A stretch of DNA of 50,858 nt. Origin: an uncultured Rhodothermaceae bacterium (GTDB lineage Bacteria > Bacteroidota > Rhodothermia > Rhodothermales > DASSAV01). The stretch spans positions 1 through 50,858 of the forward strand of contig CBDUBU010000002.1 in NCBI GenBank assembly GCA_965365465.1, read 5' to 3'. Shown in pieces: positions 38,843 to 48,563 of this stretch (position 1 is the stretch's first letter; the number at the start of each line of letters is the position of its first letter). The position numbers were made by a program, and so were the translations under genes. The notes beneath the pieces were generated by a model that saw only the letters and a program-made list of their open reading frames with translations, searched no databases and had not been told where the DNA came from.

Positions 38843-39859
38843 ATGAAATTCGTCGATTATGTCACGATTACGGTTCGCAGCGGTAAAGGGGGGGCCGGAG
38901 CCGTTGCTTTCAGGCGAGAGAAATTCGAGCCTAAAGGAGGCCCGTCTGGGGGCGATGGAGGAGCAGGAGGGTCGATTCTTCTAGAGGCTGACCGGCAACT
39001 GTACACCTTGCTGGACCTACGGTACAACCGGCACCACTTTGCGCAAAACGGTGAGCAAGGCAGCGGCGCGAACAAAAAGGGAAAGGACGGAGAAGATATC
39101 GTGCTTCGCGTGCCAATGGGGACGGTAGCCAGGTATACGGAAAGTGGCGAGATAATCGGAGAGGCGCTCCAGCCGGGAGAGCGGCTGGTGCTGGCTCAGG
39201 GAGGGCGTGGCGGCAAAGGAAATGCTTTTTTTAAATCATCCACGCGCCGCACTCCTCGCTTTGCACAGCCCGGAGAACCTGGAGAAGAAAAAGAAATCAC
39301 GCTGGAGCTGAAGCTGCTGGCCGATGTCGGCTTGGTAGGGTTTCCAAATGCGGGAAAGAGCACGCTGATTTCAACGCTGTCTGCTGCTCGCCCTCGTGTT
39401 GCTGATTATCCCTTCACGACCCTGGAACCGTCTCTGGGAGTAGTGTACGTCGGCGAGTATCAGTCCTTTGTAATGGCTGATCTGCCGGGCATCATCGAAG
39501 GAGCGCATGAGGGCAGGGGACTGGGGTTGAGGTTTCTGAAGCACATCGAACGGAACGCCGTGCTTCTGCTGGTAATTCCAGTTACGAGCGAAGATGTGGT
39601 GCAGGAATACCGAACGCTGCTGAATGAACTGGAGTCGTTTAACCCTGAACTCCTTGACAAACCGCGCCTTGTGGCGCTCTCTAAGATGGATCTGCTCCCC
39701 GAACAAGAAAGAGAGGCAATCTCAGCGAAAGTGAAAAAGGAGTTTCCTCCAGACATCGAACTGTTCCCGCTCAGCGCTGTTGCCCGGATCGGTCTGGAGC
39801 CGCTGCGCAGGGCGCTATGGCAATGCGTCGAAGAAGCGCACGCAGAGAGTGATCTCTAG
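38843..39859 (+). CDS. obg: GTPase Obg/CgtA
   Basis: 338 aa; Gly-rich Obg fold (MKFVDYVTITVRSGKGGAGAVAFRREKF, GGDGGAGGS) and G1 motif GFPNAGKST. Confidence 0.95.
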   Translation: MKFVDYVTITVRSGKGGAGAVAFRREKFEPKGGPSGGDGGAGGSILLEADRQLYTLLDLRYNRHHFAQNGEQGSGANKKGKDGEDIVLRVPMGTVARYTESGEIIGEALQPGERLVLAQGGRGGKGNAFFKSSTRRTPRFAQPGEPGEEKEITLELKLLADVGLVGFPNAGKSTLISTLSAARPRVADYPFTTLEPSLGVVYVGEYQSFVMADLPGIIEGAHEGRGLGLRFLKHIERNAVLLLVIPVTSEDVVQEYRTLLNELESFNPELLDKPRLVALSKMDLLPEQEREAISAKVKKEFPPDIELFPLSAVARIGLEPLRRALWQCVEEAHAESDL

Positions 39860-39963
39860 GCGTTAAGCAGCAAACTCCGGTTGCGCTTTCCTGACGATTA
39901 GGAGTACATTTGAGACAGGCTTGTAACCAGTGTGACGCATCAACCGGTTTCCTTTTCACAGAC

Positions 39964-41100
39964 ATGGAGCTTTCCCTTTTCCCCGACGGAGCCGGTATAG
40001 ATGAGGATGAAGAGCGCGCGCTCATTGCACTTTCACTGGTCCCCGGAGTCGGGCCTGGACGTATTCGCGCTTTGCTGGCGCGATTCGGCTCGCCTGCCGC
40101 AGTAATGGCGGCCTCGCGGCGTGCGCTGTCCGAGGCCCCCGGCGTAGGCCCTCAGACAGCGGATGCTATCGCTGGCATCAATGTGAAAGAGGCTGTAGAA
40201 ACACAGATCTCCCGCGCCAGAAAGGTTGGAGCAGACCTTCTATCCGTAGGAAGCCGAGGCTTTCCGCGTCTGCTGAGCCAGATTTACGATCCGCCTGCCC
40301 TCTTGTGGAAGCGAGGCGCTATCACAGAGGCGGATGACCGTGCCATTGCCATCGTTGGGACCCGTCGTGCAACAGATTACGGCCGGCGGGTCGCGCATGA
40401 CTTTGCCTGGGAGCTTGCAAGGGAAGGCTACACGATCGTAAGCGGTCTCGCTTATGGCATCGATGCCGCCGCGCACGCAGGGGCGCTTGAAGCAGGGGGG
40501 CGCACCCTCGCTGTGCTTGGGTCTGGCGTAGACCGCATTTATCCTTCCAGCCATGTACGGTTGGCAAAAGCGATAACTGAGCAGGGGGCAGTACTCTCCG
40601 AGTATCCGCTCGGGTCAAATCCGGATGCGCCTAATTTCCCCAAGCGAAACCGGATCATCAGCGGGCTTTCCCTGGGCACGCTGGTCGTGGAGGCCTATGC
40701 ATCGGGTGGCGCCCTCATTACGGCAAGGCTGGCCCTGGAGCAGAACCGAGAAGTGTTCGCCATACCTGGGTTGATTCACAGCAAAGCCGGCGAGGGCAGC
40801 AATCGACTCATCCGGGATGGACATGCGAAGCTCGTAAACTCTATCGGCGACATCCTGGCGGAATTGAACCCCGCAAGCGTTCCTCGCGCGTCGGCTTCAG
40901 ATGTCGGGAGCCTGGTTGATCTCAAACTGAATGACATCGAAAAGAAGTTGTTTGAGGCATTGAGCGATCAACCGCTTCATATCGATACGTTATGCCTTAA
41001 TACCTGCGTAGATGCCTCTACGGCGCTTGTCTACCTGCTTGGCTTGGAGTTCAAAGGTCTGGTGCGGCAGATGGCCGGAAAGCAGTTTATGCGAGCCTGA
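39964..41100 (+). CDS. dprA: DNA-processing protein DprA (Smf)
   Basis: HhH N-terminus, IAIVGTRRATDYG, SGLAYGIDAAAH, FPKRNRIISGLS, C-terminal winged-helix-like region. The frame is open from 39910. Confidence 0.9.
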   Translation: MELSLFPDGAGIDEDEERALIALSLVPGVGPGRIRALLARFGSPAAVMAASRRALSEAPGVGPQTADAIAGINVKEAVETQISRARKVGADLLSVGSRGFPRLLSQIYDPPALLWKRGAITEADDRAIAIVGTRRATDYGRRVAHDFAWELAREGYTIVSGLAYGIDAAAHAGALEAGGRTLAVLGSGVDRIYPSSHVRLAKAITEQGAVLSEYPLGSNPDAPNFPKRNRIISGLSLGTLVVEAYASGGALITARLALEQNREVFAIPGLIHSKAGEGSNRLIRDGHAKLVNSIGDILAELNPASVPRASASDVGSLVDLKLNDIEKKLFEALSDQPLHIDTLCLNTCVDASTALVYLLGLEFKGLVRQMAGKQFMRA

Positions 41101-41113
41101 AAAATAAGCCCCC

Positions 41114-42181
41114 ATGATCCTTTTTCTGGCGCTGCTCGCAGTCTTTTTTATAGTCGCTACGATTACCCCGTTTTTCCGTCGTGATGAGTGGTGGATCCGG
41201 ATTTTTGATTTTCCACGAAGCCAGATTGCTATAGGTGGCGCGCTTGTAGCCTTCAGCTACCTGTTCGTTAGAAATCCTGCCCTTCCGTCGCTCGATCTTG
41301 TTTTCGGTCTTCTCGTGCTCTGTGTGATTTATCAGGGCTGCCGAATGTATCCCTACACGCCGATGGCGTCCTGTCAGGTGCATGACGCAGAGACTGGATC
41401 TTCTCCGGATGCGACCTTCACGCTGCTGATTGCCAATGTGTTGATGTCGAACCGGAATGCAGAGGGATTTCTCCAGATTGCCGGAAAAAGCAATCCCGAC
41501 CTTATCCTGTGCGTCGAGACCGATGCCTGGTGGGAGAAAAACCTCCGCGCTCTGGAAAAGACTTATACCTGTACGGTAAAAAAGCCCCTTGAGAATACGT
41601 ATGGCATGTTGCTTTATTCTCGTCTCCCGCTCATCGAGCCGGAGATCCGGTGCCTTATGGAGGAGGATATTCCGTCCATAAAGACTTCGTTCCGCTTGGC
41701 TTCCGGCGTCGTGGTCCAGTTTTATGGAATGCATCCCAAACCGCCTTACCCGGAAGAAGACAAAGACACAACCGAAAGAGACGCAGAACTCTTGCTGGTG
41801 GGGAAGGAGGTGAAGGGACTGGACAAACCTGCTGTCGTCGCCGGAGACATGAACGATGTAGCATGGTCGCATACGACCCATTTGTTTCAGAAGATAAGCG
41901 GGCTGCTGGATCCTCGTATCGGACGGGGTATGTACAATTCTTTCCATGCGAAGTATCCTTTTCTCCGTTATCCGCTGGATCATGTTTTTCATTCAGACCA
42001 TTTCAAGCTGGTTTCCATGAGCCGCCTGCCGTACTACGGTTCGGATCACTTTCCCATCTGCATCGAACTCCATTACGATCCTTCCGCCGAGGCACAACAG
42101 GAGGAGCCGGAAGCGGATCAGGAGGAACAGGAAGAGGCGGCGGAAAAGGTAGCGGAAGGCATTGCTAAATCAGATCTGTGA
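41114..42181 (+). CDS. Membrane-anchored endonuclease/exonuclease/phosphatase (EEP) family protein
   Basis: 355 aa; about three N-terminal TM helices, EEP motifs (VAGDMND, LDHVFHS, GSDHFPI), acidic C-terminal tail. Confidence 0.85.
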   Translation: MILFLALLAVFFIVATITPFFRRDEWWIRIFDFPRSQIAIGGALVAFSYLFVRNPALPSLDLVFGLLVLCVIYQGCRMYPYTPMASCQVHDAETGSSPDATFTLLIANVLMSNRNAEGFLQIAGKSNPDLILCVETDAWWEKNLRALEKTYTCTVKKPLENTYGMLLYSRLPLIEPEIRCLMEEDIPSIKTSFRLASGVVVQFYGMHPKPPYPEEDKDTTERDAELLLVGKEVKGLDKPAVVAGDMNDVAWSHTTHLFQKISGLLDPRIGRGMYNSFHAKYPFLRYPLDHVFHSDHFKLVSMSRLPYYGSDHFPICIELHYDPSAEAQQEEPEADQEEQEEAAEKVAEGIAKSDL

Positions 42182-42185
42182 AGGG

Positions 42186-43319
42186 ATGACGGTTGAGGAA
42201 TTAAGGACCCAGTTCCCCCACACGGAGCATACCATTTACCTGAACCATGCCGCGACCAGTCCTCTGAGCGTCAGGGTTGTTGATTCCGTCAATGCATACC
42301 TGACCCAGAGGAGCGTGACCAACATCGAGAATTATTACGATTTTCTCCCTGTGGTAGAGGAAACACGCGCATACATCGCCCGGCTTCTCGGCGCTGACCA
42401 GAAATGCGTGGAGTTCATGCCAAACACCACTACTGCCCTTCATGTACTGGCTCATGGCATCGATTGGAGACCGGGAGACCGGATTGCGATTCCTGCCTGC
42501 GAGTTTCCTGCAAACGTTTATCCTTTCCTCGATCTCAACCGGCGTGGGGTGGCTGTAGATTTTATTCCTCACCGGGAAGGCGTCTTTGCAGTGAACGACA
42601 TCGAGCAGTCGCTCACGCCACGGACGCGCTTGCTCTCGGTAAGCTGGGTGCAGTTCCTGTCAGGGTTTCGGGCAGATCTGGCTGAGATTTCCAGGCTGTG
42701 CCGGGATCGAGGGGTGATCCTTTCAGTAGATGCCATCCAGGGGCTTGGAGCGCTCCAACTCGATGTGGAGGCTTCGGGAGTCGATTTTCTGGCGTGTGGC
42801 GGGCAGAAATGGTTGATGGCTACCCAGGGTACAGGCTTTTTGTATGCAAGCGAAGCCATGCAGGAGCAATTGATCCCGGCGGCGGGATGGATGCATGGGC
42901 CTGTCGATTGGGATAACTTCTTCGAGTACAAGTTGCAGTTCCACAAAGATGCAACAAAGTACAGGCTTGGAACGCTGAACGATATGGGTATCGCTGCATT
43001 GCACGCAGCGCTGAAGCTATACTTCGAGGCAGGCGCCGCATGGTGCGAAAAGCAGGTGCTTGGTAATGCCGGCCTTCTCCGACAGGGACTCGAACGCCTC
43101 GGCATGGAATGCTATGGCTCTGACGCGCCCGAAAGCAGGTCAGGGATCATAACGGCAAAGCATTCGGACCCTGAAGCGCTTTTTGACTATTTGAAACAAC
43201 ACGGTATCGTCGCTTCGGTTCGGCAACGGATGATCCGCTTTTCACCCACGTACTATAATAGTTCCGATGAGATAACAGCCGCCCTGGATGCCATAGCGCG
43301 TTTCATGGAGACGGTATGA
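42186..43319 (+). CDS. Class-V aminotransferase / cysteine-desulfurase-like PLP enzyme
   Basis: IYLNHAATSP N-terminus, SVDAIQGLG and GGQKWL (putative PLP-lysine) motifs. The frame is open from 42162. Confidence 0.85.
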   Translation: MTVEELRTQFPHTEHTIYLNHAATSPLSVRVVDSVNAYLTQRSVTNIENYYDFLPVVEETRAYIARLLGADQKCVEFMPNTTTALHVLAHGIDWRPGDRIAIPACEFPANVYPFLDLNRRGVAVDFIPHREGVFAVNDIEQSLTPRTRLLSVSWVQFLSGFRADLAEISRLCRDRGVILSVDAIQGLGALQLDVEASGVDFLACGGQKWLMATQGTGFLYASEAMQEQLIPAAGWMHGPVDWDNFFEYKLQFHKDATKYRLGTLNDMGIAALHAALKLYFEAGAAWCEKQVLGNAGLLRQGLERLGMECYGSDAPESRSGIITAKHSDPEALFDYLKQHGIVASVRQRMIRFSPTYYNSSDEITAALDAIARFMETV

Positions 43320-43920
43320 CACCCCTCTCTGTTGTCACGAACCCTGCGGATCTTCCTCTCCTAGACGAACCCGTGTTCCCCTCCGCGTCTCTAGGCGCGT
43401 CAGCCGTCGCAAACCGGGCAGGTTGCCGGAATAACCTGTTCTGCCTGAGAACCGATTTCTATCTTCGGAAACGGTTCGCTGCGTTGAAGGTAGCGCCGCG
43501 CCAGAGCATACCTTCTTGCCGAAAACCCCTGCAAACTTAAAAACATAGATCCTTCCCTGCTAATGACACAAAGAGCAAGGAAACAAAGCTTAAGGACATG
43601 GCGCCCTCCCTCACCCTTATCATCCCGACAACAGGAAGGAGCGCTCACGTTCCGGCATTCCTCAGCCTCGGGGATCCTTCCTCGCGTGGAGGTTCTGCAA
43701 AACGGGCAGGCGGCGGTAGCCGCTCGTCAGGATGACACTTCGGTAGAGGATATATAGCCATTATGAAAGGCGCTGTCATGCTGAACAAAGGGAAGCATCT
43801 ATGCTATGAGAGAGGCAGGCCCGCAACGCTGCCCCACCTCCAACCCGGCAAACCATGCAAGAAAGCGATGCGAAAGAGAAATAAAGCGGCTTGGGGCGCG
43901 AAACTTCGTTTTGGACCGCA

Positions 43921-43995
43921 GAAACCGCAAAACCCCCTTTTTGACCCCGTCAAGGCCATTTTGCCTGAACGAAAAACCGCAATAAACCGCAAAAT
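43921..43995 (-). repeat. Copy B of the roughly 75-nt T/A-tract-phased intergenic element
   Basis: The reverse complement aligns ungapped with 19358..19433 (62 of 75 identical by hand count). The flanks carry extra AAACCGCA-like motifs. Confidence 0.8.
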
Positions 43996-44168
43996 AAGGT
44001 GCAAAACCCGCAGAATAATCCATGAGAAGCGAGCTTTAAGAGGAATCCTGCTGAAGCTGCTTTCCTGCTTGCCGGACAGTCTCACAGGAACCCGTATGCC
44101 GGCAACCTCGTGAGCCGTTTTTTCGGCGGCCATACCATTCGAGCTTATCACCTTCTACTTGATCCGCG

Positions 44169-45260
44169 ATGATTCCTGTTGAACAGCACGACGACGAGTG
44201 GATCATCCGGCTGAACGTTCCGCCAGGCTACAAAGAGGACGCTCGTCTGGATGTCTATGTAACCCGTTTCTTGCCGAATGCCTCCCGCGCCAAGGTGCAG
44301 CAGGGAATCAGGGACAGTCAGGTGCAGGTAAACGGTGTTATTGTAGACAAGGTGTCGTATCGCGTGCAGGCCGGCGATGAGATCATATGTCGCCTTTTGC
44401 GCCCGCCTCCTGCGGAGGCAAAGCCTGAAAACATTCCAGTTGATATTGTTTATGAAGATTCTTTTCTGATCGTAGTCAACAAAGCTGCCGGAATGGTTGT
44501 GCATCCGGCGCATGGCAACCAGACCGGGACCCTGGTAAATGCGCTGCTTTACCATGTGGGCGGTCACGCCATCACGGTGCAGGATGTAGATGACCTGGAT
44601 GAGGAGGACGTAGGGCTTTCGGTATTGAATGCCGTTCCCTCCAATCCCGCAGACCCTTCCATCCGTCCCGGCATCGTACACCGGCTGGACAAGGACACCT
44701 CCGGGTTGCTGGTCGTTGCCAAAGATGACGTTACCCATCGGAGACTAGCCGCGCAGTTCGAGAAACATACCATAAGTCGCAGCTACCAGGCTATTGTATG
44801 GGGCATCCCCTCGCCGGAAGCCGGACGTATAGAAGGGGCCATTGGGCGAGATCCGCGCAATCGAAAGCAAATGGCTGTCGTCCAGCCGGAAGCCGGAAAA
44901 CGTGCGGTTACACACTACCAGACTCTTGAGGCAATGACGCATACGTCTCTGCTGGAATTTCGCCTCGAAACCGGACGGACACACCAGATAAGGGTTCATG
45001 CCAGGTCTATCGGGCATCCGGTCATGGGCGATCCGATCTATGACGGCAGGACCCTGCGTAATGAGGCTGCATCAGGCAAGCAGCGTGCGTTCTTTCGCAA
45101 CCTGCTCGAATTGCTTCCCCGGCAAGCGCTTCATGCCCGTACGCTTGGATTCCTGCACCCACATAGCAGAACGTATATGGAGTTCGGGGCGCCGCTGCCG
45201 GAGGATATGAGAATGGTGCTGGATCGCTTACGGAAGGCGGAAGAGAAACGCGCCCACTGA
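44169..45260 (+). CDS. rluD: 23S rRNA pseudouridine synthase, RluD/RluA family
   Basis: 363 aa; N-terminal S4 domain, catalytic HRLDKDTSGLLVVAK, HQIRVH motif. Confidence 0.92.
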   Translation: MIPVEQHDDEWIIRLNVPPGYKEDARLDVYVTRFLPNASRAKVQQGIRDSQVQVNGVIVDKVSYRVQAGDEIICRLLRPPPAEAKPENIPVDIVYEDSFLIVVNKAAGMVVHPAHGNQTGTLVNALLYHVGGHAITVQDVDDLDEEDVGLSVLNAVPSNPADPSIRPGIVHRLDKDTSGLLVVAKDDVTHRRLAAQFEKHTISRSYQAIVWGIPSPEAGRIEGAIGRDPRNRKQMAVVQPEAGKRAVTHYQTLEAMTHTSLLEFRLETGRTHQIRVHARSIGHPVMGDPIYDGRTLRNEAASGKQRAFFRNLLELLPRQALHARTLGFLHPHSRTYMEFGAPLPEDMRMVLDRLRKAEEKRAH

Positions 45261-45487
45261 CAGAGCGCGTTATGGGGCTGAGGGCGGGCGGATCATGGTT
45301 GGCCTGCACACCAGATTGGTTTTGTAACGCAGTAACTGCCGCATTATATTAACCAACTGTGATGTTACCACAGGGGAGCGCTCTGGCTGACCCTTTTCAG
45401 GCAGAGGATTTGTGAATCGGGTAGTGCGGATATGCGGCGCGGGCCGGATTCGCCTTTACTGTACCTTTCAGGTTTGGCTTAACGATT

Positions 45488-45976
45488 ATGCAATCGACGA
45501 GTGTGGCGGAGATATATCAATTACTTACTCCTTCAACCATTCGTGTCGGGCTTCCAGGCGAAACCAAAGAGGAGGTCGTCGGCAATCTGGTAGATCTGTT
45601 GAAAGGAAACCGTGCGGTGAAAGATTTACAGGGTGTACGGGAAGCCGTCTTTGACCGCGAGAAGGTGATGTCAACCGGAGTCGGAAAGAGCTTGGGGTTG
45701 CCCCATGCAAAAACGCCGGCTGTACTTGATACCGTCGCCGCCTTTGCGATCACAGAGAAACCGGTAGATTTTGGAGCCATAGACAACAAGCCGGTGCGCC
45801 TGCTCTTCTTGCTCGTCGGCGCCGAGGCGGCCAAATCGCAGCATATCAAACTCTTGAGTCGTATCTCCCGCCTGATGAACCGCGATCAATTCCGCGCCCG
45901 TCTTCTCAATGCCAGAAGCGGGGAAGAGGTTCTTGCCATTTTCGAAGAAGGAGAGTCTCAGTTGCTGGAGCCTTAA
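45488..45976 (+). CDS. ptsN: PTS EIIA-type-2 (PtsN / EIIA-Ntr-like) regulatory protein
   Basis: 162 aa; EIIA-2 fold with phosphorylatable His context GLPHAKT. Confidence 0.75.
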   Translation: MQSTSVAEIYQLLTPSTIRVGLPGETKEEVVGNLVDLLKGNRAVKDLQGVREAVFDREKVMSTGVGKSLGLPHAKTPAVLDTVAAFAITEKPVDFGAIDNKPVRLLFLLVGAEAAKSQHIKLLSRISRLMNRDQFRARLLNARSGEEVLAIFEEGESQLLEP

Positions 45977-46088
45977 AGCATTCGGGCAGGGCTTTCTTGC
46001 AGGAATGTTTCTCGGTCCAGAGAAAGTGCTCCAGTTCGCGGAACAGAAGCGCCGCCGCAACTGCGTTCAAATATCCGGTATCCTATTT

Positions 46089-47405
46089 GTGAAAACTGCT
46101 TTCCAGAATATAAAAGGTACGTTTGATATTCTACCTGACGGCTCGGTTTCAGATGGGGTACAGGTAGCCGGTTCGCCTGCCTGGCGCTTCATAGAGCAGG
46201 GCATCGGGGAGGTCATGCGTAGGTTCAACTTCCGGGAAATCAGGACCCCGATTCTGGAACCCACGCAACTCATTGCGCGGGGGGTGGGTCAACTGACGGA
46301 TATCGTCACGAAGGAGATGTTTGCTTTCGAGCGCGGCGATACCCAGTACGTGCTTCGCCCTGAGATAACGGCCCCCGTCATGCGCGCCTATTTACAGCAC
46401 CATCTGGATCAAAAAGGAGGCGCGCAAAAGTTATTTTACATAGGCCCGTGTTTCCGCGCGGAGCGGCCTCAGAAAGGACGCTACCGCCAGTTTCATCAGT
46501 TTGGGGCGGAAGTGATCGGCGCAACTGATGCCCGCGCCGATGCTGAAATCATCGCGCTTATGATGACGGTGTACAGAATGTTCGGCATCAAGGAAACGAA
46601 GCTCAGGCTCAATACACTTGGAGATGAAGAAAGCCGCCCCCACTACCGGGCAGCGCTCAAGGCATACCTGGAACCTCATGCCGGGAAACTCTCCGAAACC
46701 AGTCGGCAGCGGCTACAGACAAATCCGCTGCGCATTCTCGATACCAAAGATCCGGAGGAGCAGCGCCTGCTGAAAAACGCGCCGGTTCTGACAGAATTCA
46801 TTGATGCCGAAAGCCGCGCCCATTATGACGAGGTGAAAACCTTGCTGAACGACCTCGGGATCGGCTTCGAGGAGGATCCTTATCTGGTGCGAGGGCTGGA
46901 TTACTACACGCGCACTGCTTTTGAGTTGGAAAGCCCGAATCTGGGCGCGCAGAGCGCGCTGGCGGGCGGCGGCAGATACGACTTGCTGGCGCAGGAATTG
47001 GGGAGCAGCACGCCGGTTCCTGCCGTGGGTTTCGCCGCCGGGATAGAACGCTTGTTCCTGGCGCTCGCCGCCCAGGACATTGCGCTTCCGGAATCGCCTG
47101 CGCCGGACGTGTTCATGGCTGCAATTGGGGACGAGGCTATACGATGGGCTTTCGGAGAAGCACAGCGCCTGCGCGATAGTGGTTTTCAGGTGGCTCTGGA
47201 TCTGAAAGGGCGCTCCATGAAGGCGCAAATGCGCGAAGCCAATCGCCAGAATGCGCGGTTTACGCTTGTTGTAGGAGATGATGAACTCGGTTCGCAAATT
47301 GCTACGGTGCGGCGCATGGATGCCCGTGACGAAGTAAAGGTGCCTTTCAATGCGCTGAGTGCTTTCCTGCGCGACCGGATCACCCGGAAGCCCGGTGAAC
47401 TTTGA
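46089..47405 (+). CDS. hisS: Histidine--tRNA ligase
   Basis: Class-II motifs (KGTFDILP, CFRAERPQKGRYRQFHQFG, GGGRYD). A GTG at 46089 gives a normal N-terminus. The ORF-track start at 45909 overlaps ptsN and is probably spurious. Confidence 0.93.
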   Translation: MKTAFQNIKGTFDILPDGSVSDGVQVAGSPAWRFIEQGIGEVMRRFNFREIRTPILEPTQLIARGVGQLTDIVTKEMFAFERGDTQYVLRPEITAPVMRAYLQHHLDQKGGAQKLFYIGPCFRAERPQKGRYRQFHQFGAEVIGATDARADAEIIALMMTVYRMFGIKETKLRLNTLGDEESRPHYRAALKAYLEPHAGKLSETSRQRLQTNPLRILDTKDPEEQRLLKNAPVLTEFIDAESRAHYDEVKTLLNDLGIGFEEDPYLVRGLDYYTRTAFELESPNLGAQSALAGGGRYDLLAQELGSSTPVPAVGFAAGIERLFLALAAQDIALPESPAPDVFMAAIGDEAIRWAFGEAQRLRDSGFQVALDLKGRSMKAQMREANRQNARFTLVVGDDELGSQIATVRRMDARDEVKVPFNALSAFLRDRITRKPGEL

Positions 47406-47477
47406 GAAAATTGCCACGTTGACCCATCAAGTAATCCCCGATGTTTACTGCCTTCCTGTCAAGCGCTATCCGAATGT

Positions 47478-48425
47478 ATGTATCCTCGCATCAGTGATCT
47501 TTTTCGAGATCTTTTTGGCGTCAACTTTCCACTTCCGATTTATTCCTTCGGCGCTATGGTTGCCGCCGCGGTTCTGACGGCGGCCTGGCTATTGGGAAAA
47601 GAACTGGAGCGCCTTCATGCAGCCGGACGGATCGACAGCATTCGGGTGTCGGCCGCTGGGGAAAAAGGCTCCCGCCGCCGAAACCCTACAGAGCAGAAAA
47701 GCCCTTCGGTGCTGGTTGGGACCGTGACCATTCTGGCGCTTGTCTCCGGCTTCGCGGGAGCAAAGCTGTTCCACATCCTCGAAAATCTGGGCGCCTTTGC
47801 CAGAGACCCCCTGGGTATGCTGTTCTCCACGGGCGGGTTTACGTTTTACGGCGGGTTAATCGTAGCAGGCTTTGCGCTCGCATGGTACGTTCGCAAGAAA
47901 GGGATTCCGGTCTGGACGTTTGCGGATGCAGTGGCTCCAGGACTGCTCATTGGCTATGGCATCGGACGCATCGGTTGCCATCTGGCAGGAGATGGGGACT
48001 GGGGCATCGCCAGCAACATGAGCGCCAAACCAGACTGGCTCCCAAAATGGCTGTGGGCTGAAACCTACCCGAGAAACATCCTGAACGTACACATCCCGGA
48101 GCCGGGTGTGTATCCTGCGCCGCTCTACGAATTTGCCATGTCGCTTCTGCTTTTTGCAGCCCTCTGGGCTTTGCGGAAGCATCCTTTTCGGAGTGGATGG
48201 CTGTTCTCGTTGTATCTGGTATTCGCAGGAATCGAGCGGTTTCTGATCGAGCAAATCCGGGTAAACAACACCTTTGATCTTCTGGGTATGACAGTCACCC
48301 AGGCTGAGGTTATTTCGGTTTTGCTGATTCTTGCAGGTCTGGCTGGACTTGCGGTTACGACCCGGCGTGTATACACAGATGCATCCGGCCTGGCGCGAGA
48401 AAAAACCGCATCCCCGGTGGCTTGA
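47478..48425 (+). CDS. lgt: Prolipoprotein diacylglyceryl transferase
   Basis: 315 aa polytopic membrane protein; Lgt-like motifs (GGLIVAG, GYGIGRIGCHLAGDG). Carries a roughly 45-aa hydrophilic insert after TM1. Confidence 0.82.
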   Translation: MYPRISDLFRDLFGVNFPLPIYSFGAMVAAAVLTAAWLLGKELERLHAAGRIDSIRVSAAGEKGSRRRNPTEQKSPSVLVGTVTILALVSGFAGAKLFHILENLGAFARDPLGMLFSTGGFTFYGGLIVAGFALAWYVRKKGIPVWTFADAVAPGLLIGYGIGRIGCHLAGDGDWGIASNMSAKPDWLPKWLWAETYPRNILNVHIPEPGVYPAPLYEFAMSLLLFAALWALRKHPFRSGWLFSLYLVFAGIERFLIEQIRVNNTFDLLGMTVTQAEVISVLLILAGLAGLAVTTRRVYTDASGLAREKTASPVA

Positions 48426-48563
48426 CTGAAAATGCGGGAGCAGGCTGGTGCAGCAAGGCGCTAATCTTGATGTCTTTGTAACGGAACACAATTTCACGTT
48501 CGGCAAACAGGTTTTGTGTACCTTGAAAGGGAGGGCTAGATTGCAACAACCCGGCGGATAGGT

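Noticed and set aside
43723-43730. Hammerhead-like CUGACGAG core on the minus strand, followed by a short GCGG/CCGC stem
   Set aside because: The obligatory GAAA element and a UH cleavage-site helix are not present in the right positions. This is most likely chance.
43316-44151. ORFs of 64-116 aa inside the 849-nt gap (43316..43540, 43563..43757, 43763..44113 on +; 43400..43648, 43804..44151 on -)
   Set aside because: Their compositions are highly basic or Cys/Pro-rich. They have no SD-like sites and no motifs, and they overlap one another. I treat the region as noncoding pending blastx.
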